64,000 bases of DNA from the human T2T-CHM13v2.0 reference genome, Homo sapiens (GCF_009914755.1 NC_060930.1), one strand, 5' to 3'. Positions 1 to 18,177 are shown, counted from the first letter of the stretch. Made by a program: numbers and translations. Notes: generated by a model from the sequence alone, not told the origin.

Positions 1-652
1 CACAGTTGAGAAATTCTATTTTATTTTATTGCTCTAGATTTAGTACTGTCAGTAAGCAGAGGCAATTCTACAATTCGGTATTTCAATAAATCTTACCTTT
101 AGGGAGGGTGGACTAGAGTGCAGATAAAGCTTAATCCGTAGAGAAGCATCAGCCACTCATACTAGCCGGGAGAGGGTTTAGACAAAATTATGAAGTACTT
201 TTGTTTCGCCTCACTTTCTCATGGGCTGAGAGTGATCCAGTGTGGTGTTGGTATTTTGTGATATAATTTATGTCCCAGAGGGACTAATATGGCCCAGTAG
301 TGAAGACCAGACCAGCTCCTGGCAACACTGATGCCCAGCTGTGCCAGACAAGTTCCCAGATATTAGGGGCTGCTTTTTCTTGATTAAATTCAATATTTAA
401 AAATATCAGCATTACGTTTGAGAAATGATTAAGAAATGTCATATAGTTATATTAGTAATAAATATGTGCAAAAAATAAGAATGTAGACTACAAAATGGGA
501 ACCAGAATTAAAATCCATCAGCTTGGCAAAGACAGAAGTAAATGATGGTAGTATTGATCAGAGTACAGGGAAAATGTACTGTTACGAAGACTGATGGCAT
601 TGAAAAGTGGTACAAAACTTCTAAAGGGCACTTTTGCAAAATGTCTCAATAA

Positions 653-955
<303 letters not shown>

Positions 956-1045
956 TAAGTGTTCTGACATTTTGACATGAAAATTTCTCTTTTAGGAATT
1001 TATCCCAAGGAAATAATTACATATCTTTCTAAAAACGCATATATA

Positions 1046-1463
<418 letters not shown>

Positions 1464-4237
1464 TCAGAAAATAATGCCATGGCTTTACATAGAGAGTCAG
1501 ATTTAATCCTCAATGCAAACCCATGGGGAACTCAATATGTGATCCTTTGTACAGACAGGGAAGGAGAGAGGTAAAGAAGGTGGTGGGGCTAGGGTTGAAC
1601 CCTGGAGATTTTCTCTCAGAGGCCTTGTTGACTTGTCTTCCATTGATTCTCTCTTCATCTGCACCTTACACAAGTGAACTGTTTTGATGTCCCAGAATGT
1701 TCTATGGACAGGAGGCCACTGGCTCAGAGCTCAGGAAGACAAGAAGGGCAATGACTTAACTGCCAAATTCACGCAGAAGTCCGTTCATCCAGGGTGTATT
1801 TCCAGTGATCAGGAGATCTGCTAAGCACTTGAGGATATAATGAAGAGCAAGAGTAAAATCTTGGAGATGGGGAGTTTTCAATATTGTAAGGAAGATAAAT
1901 ATTTAGCAAAAATTGCCCCAAGATTGTGAAATTGCTAATGAGCGTAAGGGAAAAGTTTGTGATATCATGAAAGCAGGTTACAAGGAGACCTAATGGGTCC
2001 CTACCACTATTACCAATTATGTGTGAAAGATGTAAGAAAACAGCAGTTATGAGATTTGAACAAATTTATAAACAATTTCATGCAGAGAACTAGAAAGAGC
2101 TCTGGAATTTTAAAATATGATCATTGAAATAAAGAGTTTAAAAAATGAACTGAAATGAAAGTTGTGTGCTGCAAGGTAGTACAAAATAAAAACGTGATGC
2201 CAAGCATGATAGAACTTTAAGAATATTATACTATCAATTAAGGAATTCCAGCAGTCTCATAATATAAGTTCCAATAACCATAGAAAGTAATTAAAAGTAA
2301 TTCAAGAAAATGTTTTGAAGGCTACTGACAAAAATGTATAGTGTGAATGGCTGCAACAAAGTTCTCAATACAGGAGATGGAAACAGACCCACACCAAGAC
2401 TCATGACAACAAAATTTCAGAGAGTGAAAGACAGAGCAAGACCAATGGACAAAGGAATGGCAGGAGGTCTGGTCGTGTGTGTGCATTTCCTCCTTCCCGT
2501 CTGTCATTGTCCTTCCTCACCAGGCCTGCAGATCACCTGTGATGACTTGGCCTCTTGCCATCCCTAGCTGGGCAAACTCCATCATGGTGACACACGGGAT
2601 GGCAGAAGTGCAAGGCCTCGTTTCTGCTGGATGAGCCTTCTGGAGACTGTCTCAGGGTTTTCTGAGAACTTCTTTAAAACCTGGTCTACGGGCATGCATT
2701 ACCCCAGTTATTTTTTCCCTAAGTGAAAAATCAACCAGAGGAGATGATTTATTTTAATAGCCTTATTGCAGGAGAGGAAGGTGAAAAGTGTTTCTATTCA
2801 TTGGCCCATTAGTTACAATGGGCAGAGGCCACTGAGCGAGCAGCGGGTGGTGGCAGTGATGACCACACGTTCTCACGGCAGCGCAACACTTTTGAGACAA
2901 GTTCCCACCTCTCCATTAAACATGTCTTCTCCACGTGCAGAAAATGTGGTCTCGTAGCTTCCCTTCTCAGTGCTGGATTGCTGGCATTTCATTTTCCTTA
3001 TCAGAGACATGAATATCTTTGTTCTTCTTGGATTTCTAAGACTTCAGGTTTTCTTCAGGGAGAAGCTGCTTAGGGAGGCTCCTGCGTGGACCGAGTCCTT
3101 CCTGAGGGTTTGCTTGGTGCCCTAACTGTGGCTGACTGCCTCCCGCGGGGTCCCAACTTTATACCCAGAGGTAAGGACAGATGCTTCCAGCTCCATCTTA
3201 TAACTTCCACATGAAATTTGAGGTCAGGAACTTCTCTTAACTCGTCTTAAAGGGCCTCATACTTACATTCTTGACTCGGAAAATAATTAAGTGTGCGTTT
3301 GAACATGTTTCCTCCGCAATTTACTCTCTGGAGGGGAATACATTGAAAACCCAGTTTATTTTCAGATACTGAGTGGGATTGAAAAGCTGAATTGTCTGTT
3401 TTCCTGCAGGGCACACAGAGGAACTGGCTGTCCCACACCACTCTGACATTTCCAGAGAAGCACCGTCCTCTTCCAGTAGGACATGAGTAAGACCAGTGAG
3501 GAGCCAACATGCAGCCCCTGGGCATCTCTGGGGTTGAAGGAAAGATATATATGTCCTTCTGATGTGTGGAGCCCTGAGGGCAGTGTTCAAGACCCTGCAT
3601 TTTCCGAAGTACTTGTTTACTGAGCAAGTGTTTCTGCTTGTTGCATTATGTCAGGGGATATGGAAGCCACTTTTCATCCAGCCAAACACAGATGCAAATG
3701 AGATGTTCTGGGAGAAAGCAGAAAAAGCCCTTTTCACAGAGTTCCTTATTTTACTATTCTATTACACTTGTCTGAGGTTACAATCACATCCTTTTTTAAC
3801 AATCTCTAAATGAGAAAATCATCAAAAGGGTATGTAGTGAGTGACAGACACAGGATAAATGCTGTAAGTCAGTGTTTGATGAAAGATACTGGTGTTCCAG
3901 GATGTCAGAGTCTCCTGGGTGCCAGTAGGGAGGTGGTCAGGGACTTTATCCAAGAAGCAGAAAGAAGAGCTTCAGGGACATGAGGATGTCTCATAGCCAA
4001 GGACAGGACAGTAAAGGGCCCCGTGTGAGTGCATCACAGAGGTCTGTTACTGTTCAGACCCCAAAGCTCAGCACCCAGTGTGGCATGTGGCAAGACCTCA
4101 GCAAACACATCAGTTGGCTGGATGAAGGAGGGCAGGTGTGAGCCGACAAGGAAAATCTTGTGATTTTTGTTGGGAAATGAATGTAAAAGTGTTGATGTAC
4201 CTCCCTTGTAAGGAGATAGAAAGGTAGAGAGCAGACA

Positions 4238-4293
4238 GATGCATGCATGGATGAATGCATGGATGGATGGATGGTTGGATGGACGGATGGATG
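4238..4293. repeat. Degenerate (GGAT)n microsatellite, probably the tail of an L2 remnant (~4030-4130)
   Basis: gatgcatgcatggatgaatgcatggatggatggatggttggatggacggatggatg. Confidence 0.85.
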
Positions 4294-4684
4294 TTCATTT
4301 TCTGTGTGTGTTTCTATCTCTGTTCTGCCTTTCTGTTTTGTCTCTGGCTCTGTCTGTATCTGCCATTGTCCCTTCACAACCATGCCTTCACTATTATCAG
4401 TAACATCTTTTACCTGGTCTTATAGGATCTTGCCTGTGTTGTATTAGTGGTCAAGGACAGAAAAAAGAAAGAAGTCTGTGGAAAACAAAATAAAGGAAAC
4501 AGATGCTTCTGACATGCGGCAGTGGAAGGATGTGTGGACCTGAGGCCCCCAGGGAGACAGGGGCTGCGCCTCACTGCAAAGTCGATCCTGCTGAACACAG
4601 AGGGGAAACGCGCTCAGACAGCCCTGCCCGTGCTGATCAGAAGGGAGGGTTGCGCCTCCAGATCCTTCTCCCTGTGTTTCTTCA

Positions 4685-4787
4685 GGGCCCAGCCCTGAGA
4701 GTTCCAGGGTCCCATTTTCTTAGTTAGGACCTTAAGACCCTATCAGAGTCCAGCCCCAGGAAGCCTGCAGTCATAGCACTGGGCTAG
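4685..4787 (+). repeat. 103-bp direct repeat, copy 1
   Basis: gggcccagccctg...gaagcctgcagtcatagcactgggctag. Aligns ungapped to 5938-6040 with about 10 mismatches. Confidence 0.95.
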
Positions 4788-5259
4788 ACCAAGTTGCTGC
4801 TATGAAAAGGGATTTGAAAATTCCCAGAGGAGCCTTTCAGCCTCTTTCCATGGCTCTTTATGCCCTTTCAAAGGCACAGCCAGAGACATCAGAAATGAAA
4901 TTGTATATAATTATATGGACTTTTCGACAATCATTGAAATTTTTGTAAGTGCCAGTTATATTTTGGCAACCCCATCAAAGCCAGGTGTGCCCAGGGCAGT
5001 CAGCTCAGGCCCTGGCCTCTCATTCAGGTTGGATTCTATAAGAACCGCATTCGCGGTGAGAATTCTAGAGCCAGATCTTGCTGCTCCACAATTGCCTCAC
5101 GTTGCAAGACAAGCAAATCTAGCCTGAGTCTGTGGATTCCAGGGCTGCTTAGGAGGAACCTGCATTCCCGCGTGGATGACCTCAGGCTCCGCCCCTTCTG
5201 CCCCACTCAGCCCTCACCCAGTGCCTGAGAGCGCTCAATCAGAATGCGAGAGCAGCGCG

Positions 5260-5279
5260 GCGGCGCCCCCGTGTGGCCA
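5260..5279 (-). promoter_or_regulatory. CTCF core motif, reverse orientation
   Basis: Minus strand reads TGGCCACACGGGGGCGCCGC, a close match to the CTCF consensus TGGCCACCAGGGGGCGCT. Binding is inferred, not shown. Confidence 0.7.
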
Positions 5280-5937
5280 CAGGGACGAGGACAGAGGACC
5301 GGACCCCGCTCCCCTTTCTCACCAACCAGGACCTCCGAGGCTCTCCCTCTGCTCCCAGCACCTGGACAGGGCTCTGCACTCAAGGAGCCTCCGGGTCTCA
5401 AGTCAGGCTCTGAGTCCATTCAGCTTCCCAAAATCCATGTTGACAATGACATTTCCTCTCACCACTGAGTGACTGGACTTTTGCCTCAGAGCAGAGAGAG
5501 GCCTCCAGGGCAAAACAGTGGGATCAGATGTGGGGATGACACACCCCCAAATCCTTGCTGCCACAGGACCCAGTCCCTCAGCCTCCAGATGGGGCCTTGG
5601 CCTCCCGTCCCCTCCTTTGTTCCTGCTGCTAGAGGCTGCTCATCCCAGGAATCAGCCTGTTAGCCTCCAACCCTGGGGTCCAGGGACAGCAGCTCCTAGT
5701 GCCTCGGTCCAGGAAGAAGGGAACCTCCAGAGAGCAGAAGAGAGAAGAAATGGATCATAAGAGAAGGGGGCAAGGGGGGAGAAAGAGAGTGAAAGGAGCC
5801 AGGGAGGAGAGAAAAATGGAAAACATCCTGTTAGGAATGTGTGTGTTTGTGTTGATGTGTGTGCGTGCAGGTGTGTGTAGAGTGGGAGAGAGTTTCTAGG
5901 GTTCTGAGGAGAAGAGAGCTGCTATACAGGTGCTAAG

Positions 5938-6040
5938 GGGCCCAGCCCTGGGAATTTCAGGGTCCCGCTTTCTGAGCTAGGATCTTAAGGCCCTATCAGA
6001 GTCCACCCCCAGGAAGCCTGCAGTCATAGCACTGGGCTAG
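5938..6040 (+). repeat. 103-bp direct repeat, copy 2
   Basis: About 90% identical to 4685-4787 by hand count. Confidence 0.95.
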
Positions 6041-6469
6041 CTGGACGGCTGCCTCTTCTTTGCCTTTGACAGCAGGAGCTGCCATGCCAGGCCCAGGGGC
6101 CCTGGGGTCATGGGCAGAGAGCAGGTCCCTCTGCTGGCAGCCAAGGAGATGTTGTTCTTGGAGGGTCAAAGACTTACTTAGCTGGGAGTCTGAAGGTGGT
6201 CATGGGTTACAAAGGGGTTACAAAGAGCTCAGCGGTGAGCCTGGCCCAAGCTTCTGACCCCTTTCTTTGGATCTCAAGGGCTGACCATGGATTCTCAATG
6301 GATCTCAAGAATTCGCCCATTTACCTCTTGCCCCAGACCCTCCCCACTTCGATACCCTGGGACCCAGGCATCTGCCTCTTTCCTTCTCCTCCGGCCTCCC
6401 AAGCACCTCCAGGCCCTGCTCTCTGCCAACCTGAACTCCAGGACCCTGCAGCCCCACCCCAAAATTGCT

Positions 6470-7292
6470 TGATAATACAGTGATTCTATTTTCAGTGTTT
6501 TGAAAACTCTGTATACTGTTTTTTACAGTTGCTGTACTAGTTTTACACACTGTGTGTAAGAGTGCCCTTTTCTCCACATCCTCACAAACATCTATTTGTT
6601 TGTTTGTTTTTTTTTGTCTTTTTAGTTGTACCCATTCTATCTGGGGGTAAGATGATATCTCATTGTGGTTTTGATTTGCATTTCCCTGATGATAAGTGAT
6701 GTTGAGCATTTTTCATGTACCTGCTGGCCATTTGTATGTCTTCTTTTGAGAAATGTCTATTCATGTCGTTTGTCCACTTTTTAATAGAATTTTTTGGTTT
6801 TTTTAGCTCTTGAGTTCCTTACATATTCTGGATATTAGTCCCTTGTCAGATAAATTGTTTGAAAATATTTTCTCCCATTCAACAGGTTGTCTGTCTACTC
6901 TTTTGATGGTTTTCTTTGCTGCGCAGAAGCGTTTTAGTTTATTATAGTCCCATTTGTCTATTTTGTTTGGGTTGTCTGTGCTTCTGAAGTCTTAGCCATA
7001 AAATCGTTACCCAGACCAATGTCCTAGAATGTTTCTCATATGTTTGCTTCCAGTTGTTTTATAGTTTTGGGTCTTACGTCTAAGTATTTAATCCATCTTG
7101 AGTTGATATTTATATAGGGTGAGATATAGGGATCTAATTCCATTCTTCTGCATGTGGATATCCAATTTCCCCAGCACCATTTATTGAAGAGGGTGTCCTT
7201 TCCCCAAATGTATGTTCTTGGCACCTTTGTCAAGAATCAGTTGGCTGTAAATATATGGATTTATTTCCAGATTCTCTATTATGCTGCATTGA
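6470..7292 (-). mobile_element. L1 (L1PB/L1MA-age) ORF2 3' fragment
   Basis: Minus-strand ORFs with ORF2p C-terminal motifs ([26 protein letters not shown]). Confidence 0.9.
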
Positions 7293-7302
7293 TTGACATG
7301 TG

Positions 7303-7424
7303 TTTGTAGAGACGAGGTCTCAGTATGTTTCCCAGGCTGGTCTAGAACCTCTGGGCTCAAGTGGTTCACCCTCCTTGGCCTCCCAAAGTGCTGGGATTAC
7401 AGGAGTGAGCCACAGTACCTGGCC
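7303..7424 (-). mobile_element. Alu monomer (FLAM_C or AluJ left arm)
   Basis: tttgtagagacgaggtctc...ctgggctcaagt...gggattacaggagtgagccacagtacctggcc. Confidence 0.85.
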
Positions 7425-7747
7425 TTTGTGCTGTGTTTTGATTCATCGTTATCTCCTAAGCCCTTTCCCAGCATTGATATTTTACTAAACACCCTATGAT
7501 TAAATTATATCTCTACACCTTGAGATAAACAAAAAATTATATAAGCGGTAAAGACAAATATGAAAAAATAAAACTACTACCAATGTTATTAGGAGGATAA
7601 CCTTAAAACATTTGAGCAAGAAAATTTTTCTTTTTTTCTTTTTTCTTTTTTTTTAGCTGTACCTGCTGGAATGGAAAATATTTCTTAAATGAGACAAATA
7701 TATGAAAGTGAAAATGCTTAAACTTCAAAGGACTTACATTACATATA

Positions 7748-8842
7748 TAGTCATTCTTTCTTAATGATAAGATAGGTTCTGAGAAATGTGTCCTTAGGTG
7801 ATTTGGTCTTACGTGAACATCATAAAGTGTCCATACACAAAGCTAGATGATATAGCCTACTGCACACCTACGCTATATCATAAAGCCTATTGCTCCTAGG
7901 CTACAAACTTGGATAGCACATTACTATACTGAGTACTGTAGGCAATTGTAACACAATGGTAGGTATTTGTGGATCTAAACATATGTAAACAGAAAAAGTA
8001 CAGTAAAAATATGGTAAAAAGATTTTTACAATGGCACACCTATATAGGTTACTCATCATGAATGGAGCTTACAGGACTGGAAGTTGCTCTGGGTGAGTCA
8101 GCAAGTGAGTGGTGAGTGAACTGAAGGCCTAGGCCATTACTGTGCACTACTGTAGATTTTATAAATGCTGTACACTTAGGTTACACTAAATTGATTTTAA
8201 AAATAATTTTCTTTCTTTAATAATAAATTAACCTTAGCTTAATGTAACTTTTTTAACTTTATAAACTTTAATTTTTAAAACTTTTCAGCTTTTGTAATAG
8301 CACTTAGCTTAAAAGACCAACATGTTACAAAGCTGTACAAAAATATTGTTCCTTATATTTTCATTCTAGAAACTTATTTCTATTTAATTTTTTTTTTACT
8401 TTTAAATCTTTTCTGTTAAAAAAAAAAGACATAAATTAGCCTAGGCTGACACAGGGTTAGGATCAACAATATCACTATCTTTAGCCTTTACATCTTGTCC
8501 CACTGGAAGATTTTCAGGTGTAATAACATGCATGGAGCTGCCATCTCCTATGATAACAATGCCTTCTTCTGGAATACCTCCTAAAGGACCTGGCCGAGGC
8601 TGTTTCAAGTTTTTTTAATAATTAGAAGGAGCACACTCTAAAATAACAATAAAAAGTATAGTAAATATGTAAACCAGTAACATAGTCATTTATTATCATT
8701 ATCAAGGATTATGTATTGTACATAACTGTATGTGCTAGACTTTTATAGGATTGACAGTGCAGTAGGTTTGTTTACACCAGCATCACCACAAACATATCAT
8801 TAATGCATTGTACTATGATGTACAGTGTCACCTACAATGTCA

Positions 8843-8845
<3 letters not shown>
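7748..8845 (+). mobile_element. Tigger3b-like TcMar DNA transposon, one end deleted
   Basis: Starts tagtcattctttcttaatgataagataggttctgagaaatg, then gcctattgctcctaggctacaaac. Stops abruptly at ctacaatgtcacta. Confidence 0.8.
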
Positions 8846-13150
<4,305 letters not shown>

Positions 13151-13260
13151 ACAATGATGGTGCACCCCGTCTCCATGGGGACAGAGGGTCGTGTGCTCAG
13201 AGTGCTTCCAGATGTCGCCTCCTGCACTTCATCTGCCTGCTCATTTGTATCCTTTACAAC

Positions 13261-13605
13261 TGCTATTGTTTGAATGTTTCCCCAGAAAAGCGTCTGTTGG
13301 AAACTTAATCCCCAGTGCAACAATGTTAAGAGATGGGACCTTTGAGAGGTGATTGGACCATCAGAGCTCTGCCTTCATTAATGAACTGATCAAGGCTGCC
13401 CTCATTAATGCTGATCATAAAGGACCTGAGCCTGTGAGTTCGACCTCTTACTCCCTCTAGCTCTCACCCTCTCTTGCGCTTCTCCCTTCTGCCAGATACA
13501 TTCCCTTGATTTTGGAATTCCCATCCTCGACAACCATGAGCCAATTAAATTTGTGTTCATTGTAAGTTATCCAGTCTCAGGTGTTCTGTTATAGTGGCAT
13601 AATTT
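13261..13605 (+). mobile_element. MST-family MaLR LTR nested in a MER21-like LTR fragment
   Basis: tgctattgtttgaatgtttcccc...gttggaaacttaatcccc...ccagtctcaggtgttctgttatag. Confidence 0.75.
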
Positions 13606-13609
13606 AAAC

Positions 13610-13962
13610 CAGGGGTCCCTAACTCCCCTGCAGTGGACCGGTACAGGTTTGTGGCCTGTTGGGAACCAGACCGCACAGCAGGAGGTGAAGGGTGGGCGAG
13701 AAAGCATGAGCATGACCGCCTGAGCTCCGCCTCTGGTCAGATCAGTGGTGGCATTAGATTCTCATGGGAGCACGAACCCTATTGTAAACTGTGCATGCGA
13801 GGGATTTAGGCTGCACGCTCCTTTATAAGACTCCAGTGCCTGATCATCTGAGGTGGAACAGTTTCATCCCGAAACCCATCCCCGCCTACCTGTGCCGCCT
13901 GCCCTGGTCAGTGGAAAAGTTTTATTCCATGAAACCAGTACTTGGTGCCAAATATGTTGAGG
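13610..13962 (+). mobile_element. MER1B hAT-Charlie MITE
   Basis: caggggtccctaactcccc...gtcagatcagtggtggcattagattctc...ccatgaaaccagtacttggtgccaaa. Confidence 0.85.
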
Positions 13963-14017
13963 TAAGCTATGATTACCGCTGATTTAAGCTATGACAATAA
14001 TAAACTGCAATACTGAG

Positions 14018-14515
14018 TGTGAAAGAAAGATAAAATCTTGGGACCCCAAACTCACAGTGCCAAAGGGAAAAGTTAAGTTTGGGAACTGAGTCATGGAAAA
14101 ACTGCCTTTCTTTTGTTCCTAAACAAATACCTGCAAAGATAGAGGACCACATATCTCCCCAAGTGGCCTCCCTCACAATCTGCTCACAATGTAATTCCTT
14201 GTGGGCCCCAACATCTTTACCCTAAAACAGAGTTTTGTTGACTTTTCCCCTGACAATGTAAAGTAACAGCTTATCTTCACAGGTACAGGACAAAGACAAG
14301 ACTAGAAATCATCCCTTCACCCACCCGGAGACAAACACATATTTTACTACTCTATGTTTACTTTAGCTTATGTAAAATTCAGATTTACTGAGCACAAGAT
14401 GAATGCATAGTTGACTGTTTTTCCCCTTCTGCCTGCTCTTTCCCCTGTAAGTACTGAAGTCCTCAAAACCCTTTTAGGAAAAAGCGTGGGCCACAGATGC
14501 TAGTGATTTTTGTCT
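14018..14515 (+). mobile_element. MER4-group ERV1 LTR, 3' truncated
   Basis: tgtgaaagaaagataaaatcttgggaccccaaactcacagtgccaaagggaaaagttaag. Confidence 0.7.
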
Positions 14516-14521
14516 CTTTTT

Positions 14522-15320
14522 CCAAGGTGCATCTTGGAATGGGAGACTGGAGGGACCCATGGATCCCAACCCTGGACCTGGTTCCCCCAGTACAATCCAT
14601 GAGCCAGTTGAATCTGAATGCGAAGATGGAACGACGACTGACCAGAGTCATGCTGACATCAACCCCCATAACATGGGGACTGATCAAGAAAACCACACAG
14701 GAAGCTGAGAAACTGCTGGAGTGCCAGGGTGTCACCTTTTGCTGGAACTCAGAAGTACAATCGATGTTTAACGGACCAGTGCTTTCTGACTCAGCTCCTC
14801 TCTACCCTGAATACAAGAGACCCTAATAGTTAGGCAGGAATACCATCGCCCTTATTCTGCATGAAGAAGTTGCAGAAGACAGACCTTCATCCTTCTGCAA
14901 CCCTTAGGATTAAGCATCCTCTTGTAAAAAGGGAAGGGGGAGATATGTAAGAAGCATTCAAACCACAGCAACTCTATTTTGAATAAGGGCTAAGAAAAAT
15001 GAAGCTGGATCACCAACCGGCAATTAAGAGCTGCACAGCCTGCAATTACCTTGCTCAATTAATTTTAAAACAAAAAGGAGTAGATGTTGGAGGCCGCACG
15101 AATGTTTCTTATGATTTGCCACAATTGAAGCCTGCCAGTAACAATATGAACCTGTGATCAATTAAGCAGCTGACCAATCATTACCTCCTCCTCCTTGCCC
15201 TTATTACCCAGTAAATATGAAGGGCTAAGAAGCTCGGGCGGCGGCCTTTGCTCACTAGAAGCAGGGAGCTCTTTTCTTCTCGTCTCTCTTCTTCTTCCCC
15301 ATGCTAGCCTTTCCTTAAAA
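14522..15320 (+). mobile_element. HERV-K(HML-6)/HERVK3 env-3'LTR remnant (LTR3 from 15085) with an embedded MER41-like segment
   Basis: Betaretroviral env leader MERRLTRVMLTSTPITWGLIKKTTQEAEKLLECQG. PPT plus MER41-like LTR start at 14926-15007. Second PPT then tgttggaggccg (LTR3 start) at 15085. Confidence 0.7.
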
Positions 15321-15324
15321 TGAT

Positions 15325-16907
15325 GTAGGGTATCTGGCAGATAAAATTTCTAAGCAGCAAAGCATTCAAAGAGTGACTTGGGTGCTCCTAAAAGCATTCC
15401 ATTTTCAAAGGGAAACAGAGCATAAAAGTTCAGAAAATTTACAGCCTGACAATGCAGTAGAAAAGAAAAACCCATTTTTTGAGGAGAAACTCAAGCTGGC
15501 TGCAGAAATTTGCATAAGTAACAACAAGCCAAGTGTTGATCCCCAAGACAAGGGGGAAAATGTCTCCAGGGCATGCCATAGGTCTTCATGGCAGCCCCTC
15601 TCATCACAGACCCAGAAGCATAGGAGGAAAAAATGGTTTCATGGGCAGGGCCCAGGGTCCCCATGCTATGTACAGCCTAGGGACTTGGTGCCCTGCATCC
15701 CAGATGCTCCCACTGTTGCTAAAAGGGGCCAAGGTACAGCTTGGTCTATGGCTCCAGAGGGTGCAAGCTTTAAGCCTTGACAGCTTCCATGTGGTTTTGA
15801 GCCTGCAGGTGCACAGAAGTCAAGAATGGAGGTTTGGGAACCTCCACCTAGATTTCAGAAGATGTATGGAAATGCTAGGATGCCCAGGCAAAAGTTTGCT
15901 GCAGGGGCAGGGCCCTCATGGAGAACCTCTGCTAGGGCAATGTGGAAGGGAAACGTGGGGCTGGAGCCCCCACACAGAGTCCCTACTGGGGCACTGCCTA
16001 GTGGAGCTGTAAGAAGAGGGCCACCGTGTTCCAGACCCCAAAATGGTAGATCCACCAACAGTTTGCACTGTGCATCTGGAAAAGTCACAGACACTCAGCG
16101 CCAGACTGTGAAAGCAGCCAGGAGGGAACATATACCCTGCAAAGCCACAGGGGCAGAGCTGCCCAAGATATGGGGACCTACCTCTTGCATCAGCATGACC
16201 TGGATGTGAGACATGGAGTCAAAGGAGATCATCTTGGGGCTTTAGAATTTGACTGCCCCACTGGATTTAGGACTTGCATGGGCCCTGTAACTCCTTTGTT
16301 TTGGCCAATTTCTCCCATTTGGAATGGCTGTATTTACCCAATACCTGTACCCCCATTGTATCTCGTAAGTAACTAGCTTGGTTTTGATTTTACAGGTTAA
16401 TAGGTGGGAGGGACTTGCCTTGTCTCAGATGAGACTTTGGACTGTGGATTTCTGGGTTAATGCTGAAATGAGGAAAGACTTTGGGGGATTGTTGGGAAGG
16501 CATGATTGGTTTTGAAATGTGAGGACATGAGATTTGGAGGGGCCAGGGGTGGAATGATATGGTTTGGCTCTGTGTCCCCACCCAAATCTCATCTTGAATT
16601 ATACTCCCATAATTCTTACATGTTGTAGGAGGGACCCAGTGGGAGATAATATGAATCATGGAGGCAGTTTCCCCCATACTGTTCTTGTGGTATTGAATAA
16701 GGCTCACAAGACCTGACGATTTTATCAGGGGTTTCCGCTTTTGTATCTTACTCATTTTCTCTTGCCACTGCTACGTAAAAAAAAAATTCACCTCCTGCCA
16801 TGATTCTGAGACCATCGAGCCATGTGGAATTGTAAGTCCAATTAAACTTCTTTTTCTTCCCAGTCTTGAGTATGTGTTTATCAGCAGTGTGAAAACGGAC
16901 TAATATA
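15325..16907 (+). mobile_element. THE1 MaLR internal region (5' LTR missing) plus 3' LTR (16555-16907)
   Basis: MaLR gag-like ORFs (VWEPPPRFQKMYGNARMPRQKFAAGAGPSWRTS) and LTR tgatatggtttggctctgtgtccccacccaaatctc...aaacggactaatata. Confidence 0.92.
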
Positions 16908-17519
16908 GCTGGCTTCGTAGACTGAATTGAAAAAAACTGCCTACTTTAATTTCTAAAAGGTATGTGTAAAATTGATGTAATTTCTAAATTATATGTTTGA
17001 TACAATTCATCAGTGAAGCCTTCTGGACCTAGACTTTCCTATATTAGAAGGATTTTGATTACAAATTCAATTTCTACAATCAATATATGGCTGACCACAT
17101 TTTCTATCTCTTCTCAGGTCAGTTTTCATAAGTTTTCCCTCTCAAGGAAATTGTTCATTTCATTTGCTTGTCAAACTTATTGACATGAGATTATCAATAT
17201 TTCTTTTTGAGATCTAGAGTGTGTACTGATGTTCTCTCTTTTATTGCTGACCTTGTTAATGTGTATGTTTTTGTCTTGATCAGTCTGGCTAGAAATTTAT
17301 AAGGTGTACGATTTTTCCCTATAGAACCAATATTTGGATTCATTAATTTTCTCTTTCTGCTTCAGTTTTTTATTTTATTATTATTTCCTTCCTTCTGCAT
17401 GCATTGGTTTAATTTGTTCTTCTTTGCTTCTTACAGGAGAAACTAATTTACTAATTTGAGACCTACCTTCTTTCTTAATATAGGCATTTAAGGATATCAG
17501 TTTTTTCTTCAGTACTGCT

Positions 17520-18019
17520 TGTTGGGAACAAATGCTCAGTGTTGTAAAGAAAGATCAGCACTGAGACAAAGGATCTCTCAGCAAGGCAATTGACTTCTGC
17601 AGAAAGGATGCTACTTATGATGGAACGATGGCGAGTGCACACCTGAACAAAGGAGAGCAGGGGTTTTTTATAATCTCTTAATGCAGCTTGTCCCTGTAAC
17701 TGTGTCTTGTCTCCATTGGCTGGAGCTGGACTGCACAATCTAAGCTGAACCTGGCTGGCTAACTTGAAAAGTGCAGGAATGTGGTTATACCAACAGAGAG
17801 TGCAGTCTTGGCGGGAGGAGCTGTTGCAACAGGAGGGTTAATCTATAGAGTGGGTAGCAGATGTGGGATGTGGTCTCCATAGATAAGGACTGGCGGGAAA
17901 TTTGTTTACCAGGGCAGGGGATACAGAGCGTAAGGAAGTCTGGCCTTGAAAGCAGGGAACAAAGAGCCAGGATGCTGAGCAAGTTAACCCTTAAAGAGGA
18001 ACTCTTTTTATATCTAACA
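17520..18019 (-). mobile_element. Solo ERV LTR inserted in an old minus-strand L1M
   Basis: tgttggg...ctaaca termini, with TSD-like flanks ctgct / ctact. Confidence 0.65.
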
Positions 18020-18177
18020 CTACTTCAACTGCATCCCATACATTTGATATGTTGTGCTTCAGTATTCTTCAGAAAACAGAAGACTTTCTAATTTCTCCTG
18101 TGATTTCCTCTTTGAATAAGTTGTTATTCAGAATTTTGATGTTTAATTTCCAATCCTTGGTATTTTCATGATCGTCC

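Noticed and set aside
4685-6040. The 103-bp repeats as LTRs of a small retroelement or as a CRISPR-like array
   Set aside because: Only two copies, with no TG...CA ends, PBS, PPT, TSD or regular spacers, and the context is eukaryotic.
6050-6260. Faint minus-strand resemblance to a MIC/Ig exon, or a plus-strand MIC exon 1
   Set aside because: Only a few short words match. There is no leader-peptide ORF or conserved Cys/Trp pattern.
15373-16755. Cluster of long overlapping ORFs (up to 159 aa)
   Set aside because: Decayed THE1 MaLR internal and LTR sequence, split across frames.
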